This document shows positions 6,956 through 14,463 of a DNA stretch of 32,000 nucleotides, piece after piece; the stretch's first letter is position 1, and every line of letters starts with the position of its first letter. Under the pieces are notes generated by a model. That model ran no database searches. It was not told where the DNA came from and was given only the letters and a program-made list of their open reading frames with translations. Origin of the DNA: Sedimentisphaera cyanobacteriorum (GTDB lineage Bacteria > Planctomycetota > Phycisphaerae > Sedimentisphaerales > Sedimentisphaeraceae); assembly GCF_001997385.1 (NCBI RefSeq), contig NZ_CP019633.1:2220001-2252000 (forward strand), in the 5' to 3' direction. The position numbers were made by a program, and so were the translations under genes.

Positions 6956-8699
6956 AGAGTTAGAGAAATATTCATCAGCGGTAAGCCTTTCGGATATGGA
7001 AATATTCGTGTTTCCTGAGCTGATGTACAGCCTAGTGCTTGCTAATATTATGAGCCCTTCGCTCTGGAAATGGCGTGAAAATGAGACATTCAAAAAGCTT
7101 GAGGGCAAAAGCCCGTATCGCAAGCTGATGCGTATGCGTCAGTTTATAATGGATGAATACGAATTCAACCTCGACCTGAACACATGGGGACTCACGCACA
7201 AGGATAAAGAGCTTGAGCGTTTTTCCCCATATATATCGCCCCGTAAGATAGCCGAATCAAATGCCCTTTTCGGCTATCACGGTGATGAATATTATTTTGA
7301 TCTGGATATCAGGCGTCATTTCGGTCTAGATGAATACGACGGCGACATCATTCCGTACTGGAAAACTGAAACTGTAGAGGCGATGGATGCCTTTCGCTAC
7401 AAGCAGAGCTACACCACCGGAGCGGGGGAGTGCGTATCGCTTGCGGCGCTGTATATAGCTGCCGGCTTCGTGGTCTGCGGCATCCCTCTGGAGGATATGT
7501 ATATGATCCTTACCCCTCTGCATTCCCAGAATTATATCGATGTAAATGAAGGTGTTATCACAAACAACCGCAGAATACTCACGAAATCAATGTGGTTTAA
7601 CGGAACTGAAATCACAAACAAGGCACAAAGAGCGCTTCGAAATGAGCAGGTAACAATAGTTTCTCACAGCAGCGGGTATGTACATTTTATGTACGAAGAT
7701 GCCACGATAAACCATGAAAACTATACAGAATTTGCAGCTAAGCTCAAAACCTTCCTGAAATCCGGCCTTGATTTAACCATCTTTGCCAATTTCCTTCGAA
7801 GCAAACACGAATATATGAAATATTTTGCCTTCTGCCGGCACCATCACGGCAAACATAAATATATAGATGCCCGCACATTTTTCCGTTATGAACACGGAAG
7901 CAAGTTCAAGATAGCCGCAGATACTATAGATAAGCTGTTTGACGAGGTGGCGGATGACGATTTCAGCTGCTGCAAGGGCGGTAAGGAGATAATATGCATA
8001 AATGACTTTATAAAACTGGTAAGAAAACTCGACATAGATTTTACCAGCTATCAAGACATCTCAAGGCTTAATGAATATTTGATTGATTATTTCGAAAATC
8101 CGCAGGATTTCATTGAAGATTTGTGGAATTTTCTCAATGTTGTTCCGGCTCTGCCCTCAGAAAGGAAAAATTTTCTGCCAGAGTCAGAGATTAATCTCAC
8201 GACCGATATGCTTCGAGAAGAGGTAATCGAGCACTTAGAGGAGCTGAGAGAGACGAATAAAACTGTTGATTTGGCATTTTATGCATATCGTGATATGAAA
8301 AAATGTATGTGGGAGCCCTTCCTGAAGGCGTCTTTAGAGCGTTGCCCCGTGTGTTTGGAAAAGGCCGGAAATTTGAGTTCGCCATCGGCTGTTTACCACT
8401 GGCTGAAAGATATGGATGAGGGATCAATATACGATTCATCAAGGCTCGCGCATCCTGATGAAGTGGCAAATTATATGCGAGGTGATGGAATTGAAAAGGC
8501 TGTAACCATGGCCTGCATTCTTAATTCAAGAGGGCTTGAAGACCAGCTGGAAATCAATATTCAAAGCTGCTGCCTTACTCTGTCTTATCTGGGCGATAGT
8601 TATGAATTTGAATCGTCTAAGGAAATATACAAGAAAATTTCTATTAAACCTGATGCTTATGAAGCCCCGCTCTTGCCTCAGGCCGCCGCAGCAGATTAA
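6945..8699 (+). CDS. Uncharacterised 584-aa protein with transglutaminase/papain-like Cys-His core and Cys/His-rich segments
   Basis: Overlaps the upstream gene by 11 nt, with AAAGGAGA 8 nt before the ATG. TTGAGECVSLAALYIAAGFVVCGIPLEDMYMILTPLHSQNYIDV resembles the G-x-C...GIP...H...D transglutaminase-like core (Cys163 at 7431-7433, His193 at 7521-7523). Also FCRHHHGKH, SCCKGGKEIIC and CPVC. Confidence 0.65.
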   Translation: MEPKELEKYSSAVSLSDMEIFVFPELMYSLVLANIMSPSLWKWRENETFKKLEGKSPYRKLMRMRQFIMDEYEFNLDLNTWGLTHKDKELERFSPYISPRKIAESNALFGYHGDEYYFDLDIRRHFGLDEYDGDIIPYWKTETVEAMDAFRYKQSYTTGAGECVSLAALYIAAGFVVCGIPLEDMYMILTPLHSQNYIDVNEGVITNNRRILTKSMWFNGTEITNKAQRALRNEQVTIVSHSSGYVHFMYEDATINHENYTEFAAKLKTFLKSGLDLTIFANFLRSKHEYMKYFAFCRHHHGKHKYIDARTFFRYEHGSKFKIAADTIDKLFDEVADDDFSCCKGGKEIICINDFIKLVRKLDIDFTSYQDISRLNEYLIDYFENPQDFIEDLWNFLNVVPALPSERKNFLPESEINLTTDMLREEVIEHLEELRETNKTVDLAFYAYRDMKKCMWEPFLKASLERCPVCLEKAGNLSSPSAVYHWLKDMDEGSIYDSSRLAHPDEVANYMRGDGIEKAVTMACILNSRGLEDQLEINIQSCCLTLSYLGDSYEFESSKEIYKKISIKPDAYEAPLLPQAAAAD

Positions 8700-8756
8700 A
8701 AACCGGTTCAGATTACAGTGTCTTATTGTATGTTCAGTAAAGAAAGCACAATTTAG

Positions 8757-10646
8757 ATGAAAATATTAACCCTGGCAGCAGTTCTTTTAACGTCCGCAGT
8801 TTTTGCGACGGTTTTAAGAAACGCAGACTTCGAAAATTCTCTTGTCTGGCAGGGGGGTAAGTGGTCTGTTTCGGAAGGGTCAATCTTTCAAACCTCGCCA
8901 AACGGCCTTGCCAGGGCTCTCTGGCCTGTTAATCTCCCGGAAAACTATCAGATTACAGCTGAATTAAAAAAACTTGAAGGTTCCGACGGCCCTATGATTA
9001 TATTCAGGGCAGAAGGATTTGATAAATTTTATGCCCTGAACCCGGCTCCTAATAAATCTAACGGGATTTTTCAGTTTATAGACGGCAAGAAAATCCACAA
9101 CTTAACCAAAAACTTTAACAGGGTATTTTCAAAACAGCAGTGGTACAGGGTGAAAGTTGTGTGCCGGGATAATGAATTTCAGTCTTATTTAAACGGCAGT
9201 AAATTCAGCTCTGTTACTATTGAAAGTCCTATAATTTCTAATAACTCTGTGGGTATTGGGAGCTTTGATTCGTCCATAGAGATGAGAAATTTCACAGTTA
9301 AAGACCTTGAAGGCAATGTGCTTTTCTATCCTTCCCTTGAGAAAGAAATGAGCAATATTACCGGCTGGAACCTTGGAGGAGAAGGAAACGCTGAAGTTTT
9401 AAGGGAGGGAGCAAACGATTCAAATTGTCTTTTCATTAACAGCGACTCGAAGCTTCGTCTCTCTCAGACAGGTTTAAGGCTTGATAAAGCTAACGGCTAT
9501 CGTCTCAAAATGGACTACAAAGCGGTTGATATGGTTCGTCTTCCAAAACAAATATATCTTTTTGTATATTATAGTTGGGAGGGTCGGGAAGGCCCTAAAT
9601 ATGCCTACAGTCTCGACGGGATGCACTGGAAAAAGCTAAATCCCGAACAGCCTCTTTTCGATCCGGATGTAGGCGAGGAAAAACGATTTATGGACCCCAG
9701 CATCATAAAAGGCCCTGAAGGGCGTTTCCATATGGTATGGACTATAGGCTGGGATCAGCACAGCATCGGGATTGCCCATTCAGACAACCTCTATGAGTGG
9801 TCTTTGCAGAAGGCGCTTCCTGTTATGGCTCATAAGAAAGGCATCCAAAACTGCTGGAGTCCGGAAATATTTTACGATAAAAAAAGCGGGCAATATTACA
9901 TATATTGGGCGTCGAGCATAAAAGGCGGCTTCCCCAAAACCGCCAACACCACTCCGGACGGGAGAAACCATAGAATTTTCTACACAACCACAAAGGATTT
10001 TATTACATACTCACCAGCAAAGCTTATGTTTGATAACAATACAAACGTTATTACGCCCAAGATCGAGCAGACCCGAAGCGGAAAATACGTGATGTTTGTT
10101 AAAAATGAATCGCGCTGGCCTGAAGAGAAAAATATAAGAATGATGGTTTCTGATGATATTGAAAACTGGGATTCACCTCTAAGCGAGCCGATCCACGATA
10201 CCAGTTTTTGGGCGGAGGGGCCTTCTATTTTGAAAATGGGCGGCTGCTGGTATGTGTTTTACGAGAAATATATGGCCTCTGAGTTTGGTGCAGCTAAAAG
10301 CTGCGATCTTGAAAAGTGGCAGGATATTTCAGATGAAATCTTTTGCCCTGATAGCATTCGGCAGGGTTCATTTGTGCGGGTTTCCAAAAAAACCTTCAAA
10401 AATCTCGCCGGCAAATTTCATTTCGGCCTTTCTTCTCCTGATAATGTTGCTGTAAGCGTAAAAGATGGGCAGATCGAGCTTTTTAATGCCGTGTTAGACA
10501 ATTTCAAGCCTGAATGGAATACCTTCGATGATACCTTTTATTCGGTTTACAGTACACAAGATGCGGTTTTGAGCATCAATATTGAGGGGGAATCGCAGAT
10601 CTGGTTAGATAATATAAGCTTGGAGAAGCTGGAGCAGAAACAATGA
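8757..10646 (+). CDS. Secreted multidomain glycoside hydrolase-like protein: DUF1080-type lectin fold plus GH43-like five-bladed beta-propeller
   Basis: Signal peptide MKILTLAAVLLTSAVFA. DUF1080-like N-domain (WYRVKVVCRDNEFQSYLNG). Propeller motifs FMDPSII, NCWSPEIFYD, RIFYTTTKDF and WAEGPSILK (RDP / WAPE / EGP-type). C-terminal IWLDNISLEK is a jelly-roll end. Confidence 0.7.
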   Translation: MKILTLAAVLLTSAVFATVLRNADFENSLVWQGGKWSVSEGSIFQTSPNGLARALWPVNLPENYQITAELKKLEGSDGPMIIFRAEGFDKFYALNPAPNKSNGIFQFIDGKKIHNLTKNFNRVFSKQQWYRVKVVCRDNEFQSYLNGSKFSSVTIESPIISNNSVGIGSFDSSIEMRNFTVKDLEGNVLFYPSLEKEMSNITGWNLGGEGNAEVLREGANDSNCLFINSDSKLRLSQTGLRLDKANGYRLKMDYKAVDMVRLPKQIYLFVYYSWEGREGPKYAYSLDGMHWKKLNPEQPLFDPDVGEEKRFMDPSIIKGPEGRFHMVWTIGWDQHSIGIAHSDNLYEWSLQKALPVMAHKKGIQNCWSPEIFYDKKSGQYYIYWASSIKGGFPKTANTTPDGRNHRIFYTTTKDFITYSPAKLMFDNNTNVITPKIEQTRSGKYVMFVKNESRWPEEKNIRMMVSDDIENWDSPLSEPIHDTSFWAEGPSILKMGGCWYVFYEKYMASEFGAAKSCDLEKWQDISDEIFCPDSIRQGSFVRVSKKTFKNLAGKFHFGLSSPDNVAVSVKDGQIELFNAVLDNFKPEWNTFDDTFYSVYSTQDAVLSINIEGESQIWLDNISLEKLEQKQ

Positions 10647-11152
10647 AACAAGCACAGAATATCATTCTTATCGGTATGCCGGGGGCGGGAAAAAGCACAA
10701 TCGGAGTCCTCTTGGCCAAGTACCTCTCCAAGTGGTTTATAGATACAGATGTGCTGATTCAGTCTCTCGAGAGGAAAACACTGCGAGAGATAATTGCTTC
10801 TGAGGGGCTTGAAAGATTTATTGAAATCGAAAAGCAGCACCTCAAGAAAATCCAGGCCTATAATGCGGTAATCGCTACCGGCGGAAGCGCCGTTTACGAT
10901 GATGAGGCGATGAGCTGCCTCAGGGAGAGCGGGATTACGGTGTTTCTCGATGTTGCCGTGGAGGAGATAGAACGAAGGATCAAATGCACCGCTGAAAGGG
11001 GGGTTGTGATCTCTTCAGGGCAGTCTATCCGCCAGCTATACGAAGAGCGCGTTCCGCTGTATCGCAAATTTGCAGATGTTGAAGTGCAGTGCGGCAGCCG
11101 CACCCAAGAAGAAAATGCCCAGTGTATTGCCGAGATGTTTAAGCGGAATTAG
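10643..11152 (+). CDS. aroK: Shikimate kinase
   Basis: IILIGMPGAGKSTIGVLLAK (P-loop), FIDTDVLI, ATGGSAVY. ATGA overlap with the upstream stop. Confidence 0.9.
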   Translation: MKQAQNIILIGMPGAGKSTIGVLLAKYLSKWFIDTDVLIQSLERKTLREIIASEGLERFIEIEKQHLKKIQAYNAVIATGGSAVYDDEAMSCLRESGITVFLDVAVEEIERRIKCTAERGVVISSGQSIRQLYEERVPLYRKFADVEVQCGSRTQEENAQCIAEMFKRN

Positions 11153-12111
11153 TAGTAGTCTTCCTGCCAGTGCTGAAAAATCTCTGCAAAATCAAGCATA
11201 TTAACAGCACCGTCGGAGTTTACATCCGATTCAGCAGCGTTTCCAGTTGGCGGGTTTTTCAGCCAGTTTTTCGAGAGCTCCTTTATATCCGCCTGATTTA
11301 TCAGGCAGTCTTCGTCGATATCTGCCGGATTAGAACCGCAGTTTGATAAATCTGATAGCGTCTGCACTGCCCAAGAGTAAAAGTCTCGCGTTCTGTGGGC
11401 ATAAATTTCCTGAGCTTCGGGCAGTTTTGTGGCGGGGTTGAGGTAATATGCCCTGCTGCCGTATTCTGTGTCAACCGAATAAAAAACTCCAAAGAGCAGC
11501 CATTGCTTACCGTTATTGTAGAATACCCCGCCCCCGGAATCGTATTCTGCTATACTGCACTCGTAATCTGTTTCTCCCGGGCCGTCAAAATCCAGCTTCA
11601 GAAGATCTATCTGGCCGTTTTCCTGCTTCCAGTCCAGCCAGCCAAGCTCGTTTGTTCCCCAGCGGATTTGGGAATTGTCTCCAGTCCATTCATATCCGTA
11701 GTCAATCTGGTTGTTCGGATCGTCATCTCTGTATTTGCCGTATCCGCCAAGCACTACATCTGAGCCACGTTCGTTTATTGAGGAATTTATGCCGGCATAC
11801 TCGTCAAAATTTGCATACCTCAGCCTTACAAGCCTTATATCAGCCTCTGAATCAGGGTGTTCAATTATTCGAACGGCTTTATAATCCTGCCCATCGATTT
11901 CAACAGTGCTTCCGTATCCGCCTCCCTGATGCCGCGTGGTAATGATGCACCCGGACGAAACAGCAACGCAAGAGGCGTTTGAATTCCATCTGCCCAGAAC
12001 TGAAGAGGGGGGTCTGCCGCTCCAGCTTGCAGGCGGTTCATAATCGGGATGAAGTATTATACCTGAAGCAAAAGAGCACAGCAGAATAACTGCAATAGTA
12101 CAATTTCTCAT
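11149..12111 (-). CDS. Secreted trypsin-like serine peptidase with C-terminal dockerin-like module
   Basis: Signal peptide MRNCTIAVILLCSFASG. His motif CIITTRH, Asp motif EADIRLVRL, Ser motif EYDSGGGVF. C-terminal DIDEDCLINQAD and DVNSDGAVNMLD are EF-hand-like dockerin repeats. Confidence 0.7.
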   Translation of the reverse strand: MRNCTIAVILLCSFASGIILHPDYEPPASWSGRPPSSVLGRWNSNASCVAVSSGCIITTRHQGGGYGSTVEIDGQDYKAVRIIEHPDSEADIRLVRLRYANFDEYAGINSSINERGSDVVLGGYGKYRDDDPNNQIDYGYEWTGDNSQIRWGTNELGWLDWKQENGQIDLLKLDFDGPGETDYECSIAEYDSGGGVFYNNGKQWLLFGVFYSVDTEYGSRAYYLNPATKLPEAQEIYAHRTRDFYSWAVQTLSDLSNCGSNPADIDEDCLINQADIKELSKNWLKNPPTGNAAESDVNSDGAVNMLDFAEIFQHWQEDYY

Positions 12112-12318
12112 AATATAATCATTTCTGCTTAGTGATTGTTGTATCCGGCAAAATCAATTATAACTTGTAAACCGCTTTTGCCTAAGAAAAACTTTATACG
12201 CTGCAAGCAGCATCAGTAATTTCACAGATTCCCCCGGATCACGCAGTTTTTGTGTTTTTTTACAGCGAAGCCCGCGAAACACACGAAGGGGATATGGTTT
12301 TAATTGATTTTATTATTT

Positions 12319-12343
12319 ACAGATGGCACGGATGGCACAGATA
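12319..12343. repeat. Short tandem 9-mer array (GATGGCACR x2.5; on the minus strand ATCYGTGCC)
   Basis: The sequence ACAGATGGCACGGATGGCACAGATA read directly. A related CACAGAT occurs at 12223-12229. Confidence 0.6.
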
Positions 12344-12388
12344 ATTTTTATGAATGTAAAGCCCTTCTATTAAATAACTAACAGAAAT

Positions 12389-12465
12389 CTTCGTGCCCTT
12401 CGAGCCCTTCACGGTTTAAACCAATCCCACGAGGTTTAAAAAAATTACCCGCGGTTTAAAATTAA
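12389..12465. repeat. Tandem 9-mers CTTCGTGCC/CTTCGAGCC/CTTCACGG running into three GGTTTAAA boxes phased exactly 20 bp apart
   Basis: GGTTTAAA at 12413-12420, 12433-12440 and 12453-12460, each preceded by CCC-N-CG-like bases. The 9-mers lie at 12389-12414 and are in inverted orientation relative to the 12319-12343 array. Confidence 0.6.
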
Positions 12466-12591
12466 TCTCATCGCCAAACACTAAAAAGTCCAGAAAAGTT
12501 GAGCAATACCAGCGTCAAGAAATCCAAAAAATGCAAAGAGCAGCTCAATTCATAATATTGCCCTGCCTGCAGCCTTTGCTCCAATAAATCT

Positions 12592-12619
12592 TTGCCTGAC
12601 AGAGATTTGTAAATATAAT
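12592..12619 (+). promoter_or_regulatory. Putative sigma70-type promoter TTGCCT-N16-TATAAT, -10 ending 8 nt before ATG 12628
   Basis: TTGCCT at 12592-12597 and TATAAT at 12614-12619. There is no Shine-Dalgarno, which implies a near-leaderless mRNA. Confidence 0.4.
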
Positions 12620-12627
12620 CCCGCTTT

Positions 12628-14463
12628 ATGGAAAAGAACAGCAAAACAAACCGGTGCGGGATACAGCAGGATCTTCTGCCTTTCGTTGAAAAGCCCGGAA
12701 GATATATCGGCGGCGAGGTTAATTCTTGCAGAAAAGATTTCGATGCCTGCGATGTCCGCTTTGGTATATGCTTTCCCGATACATACGAAATCGGCATGAG
12801 CAATACTGGCGTTTCGCTAATCTACGAGCTTTTAAACCGGCTTGAATGGGCGGGCTGCGAGCGATTCTTCACCCCTTGGACGGATGCGATTGAAATAATG
12901 CGGGAAAAGGGGATTGAGCTTTTCTCGCTGGAATCCAAAACTCCCGCAAAAGAATTCGATATGCTCGGCTTTTCAATAACTACAGAGCTGTGCCACACTA
13001 ATATTCTCGCTATGCTTGATCTTGCAGGCCTCGAGCTTCGAAGCAAAAACAGAGGCGAGAACGACCCGATAATCCTCGGGGGCGGGCAGATTGCCAACTG
13101 CTGCGAACCTATGGCGGATTTCTTTGATATTTTTATACTCGGAGACTGCGAAGACGCCCTTCCCGCCCAGCTTGAGCTTTTGAGGGAAAGCAAATCTCAG
13201 GGCATAAGCAAAGAGGATTTTCTCCTTGAAGCGGGCAGGCGTTTCAGCTGGGCGTATGTGCCGAGGCTCTATGAGCCTTCTGAAAAAGGCGGGATAACTC
13301 CTGCAAAGAGCGGTTTGCCGGCTAAGCTTGAGAATGCCGCAGTAAAGGATTTCGAGAACGCCTGCATACCCGAGAAGCCGATTGTCCCGTTTGTGGAGGC
13401 GGTGCATGAGAGAGTGAGTGTGGAGATTATGCGGGGCTGCCCGAATGCGTGCAGGTTTTGCCAGGCGAATTTCACAAAGCGCCCCGTAAGGCTAAGAAGC
13501 GTGGAGCGGGTTTTCAATGCCGCCGTAAAAAGCTATGAGGCAACAGGCTTTGACAGCGTATCCCTGCTAAGCCTTTCAACAGCAGACTACCCTTGGCTGG
13601 AAAAGCTGTCAGAAAGGCTCAATGAATATTTCGCTCCTCGAAAAGTGGGAATTTCTCTGCCGAGTCTGCGAGTGGAAAAGCAGCTTGAGCTGATTCCCGC
13701 TCTCGGAGCAGCAGTGCGCAAGAGCGGGCTTACTATCGCAGTTGAGGCAGCCAGCGAGAGGCTGCGAAGGCTTATAAACAAGCCGATTACAAATGAAAAG
13801 CTCTTTGCAGGTCTGAAAGAGGCATACAAAGCAGGCTATCAGCGCGTGAAGCTGTACTTTATGGCAGGCTTCCCTGGCGAAACAGAGCAGGACCTCCGGG
13901 AGATTGCAGACCTTGCAGGCGAGGTGAGCAGGCTGGCAAAACAGATTACAGGCAAAACAGCTTCCGTTAATGCTGCGGTAAGCTGGCTTGTCCCCAAGCC
14001 TCATACGCCTTTCCAATGGCAGGGGCAGAAAAGCGGAGAATATTTCGAAAACGCAAAGCAGATTATCCTCAGCAGGAAAAAAGAGCTCGGCCTCGGACGA
14101 AAAGTATCATTCAAATTCCACGATATAAGCCAGAGCATCCTCGAAACTGTCCTCGCAAGGGGTACAAGAGAGCTCGGCGGGGTTATAGAAGATGTTTACC
14201 GTGCAGGCGGGATGTTCGATCTATGGCATGAACATTTCCGCTTTGATATATGGCAGGAAAAGTTCGCACAGAGCGGCATTGATTATCAAAGGATTGCCCA
14301 GAGCGATTATCAGCTTGAAGATGTTCTGCCCTGGGAGCATCTGGGAGGCCCAGACAGAGAGCTGCTCCTGCGGCATTGGGAAAAGGCCTTGGATATTATC
14401 AGCAGCGAAGGGCAGCCACAAAGCGGGGAGCGTTCTGAAGAATGCTTAGAAAGGAAGGTTTAA
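12628..14463 (+). CDS. B12-binding-domain radical SAM protein, TIGR03960-like (function unknown)
   Basis: VEKPGRYIGGEVNS, FPDTYEIGMSNTGVSLIY, GGGQIANCCEP, and the radical SAM cluster motif MRGCPNACRFCQA. Confidence 0.85.
   Translation: MEKNSKTNRCGIQQDLLPFVEKPGRYIGGEVNSCRKDFDACDVRFGICFPDTYEIGMSNTGVSLIYELLNRLEWAGCERFFTPWTDAIEIMREKGIELFSLESKTPAKEFDMLGFSITTELCHTNILAMLDLAGLELRSKNRGENDPIILGGGQIANCCEPMADFFDIFILGDCEDALPAQLELLRESKSQGISKEDFLLEAGRRFSWAYVPRLYEPSEKGGITPAKSGLPAKLENAAVKDFENACIPEKPIVPFVEAVHERVSVEIMRGCPNACRFCQANFTKRPVRLRSVERVFNAAVKSYEATGFDSVSLLSLSTADYPWLEKLSERLNEYFAPRKVGISLPSLRVEKQLELIPALGAAVRKSGLTIAVEAASERLRRLINKPITNEKLFAGLKEAYKAGYQRVKLYFMAGFPGETEQDLREIADLAGEVSRLAKQITGKTASVNAAVSWLVPKPHTPFQWQGQKSGEYFENAKQIILSRKKELGLGRKVSFKFHDISQSILETVLARGTRELGGVIEDVYRAGGMFDLWHEHFRFDIWQEKFAQSGIDYQRIAQSDYQLEDVLPWEHLGGPDRELLLRHWEKALDIISSEGQPQSGERSEECLERKV

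Noticed and set aside
5540-8756. Calling the AT-rich islet a mobile element or genomic island feature
   Set aside because: There is no integrase, transposase, tRNA target or convincing terminal repeat, only a weak 10-11 bp similarity. It is reported as a finding, not annotated as a mobile element.
12321-12339. Sigma54-like promoter (two TGGCAC motifs)
   Set aside because: The GG-to-GC spacing is 2 nt shorter than in the TGGCACG-N4-TTGC consensus and there is no TTGC element. The motifs are better explained as units of a 9-mer tandem repeat.
12405-12465. Mini CRISPR array
   Set aside because: The repeat unit is only about 20 bp including its spacer, there are three copies and no cas genes. 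It is a phased short tandem repeat, not a CRISPR.
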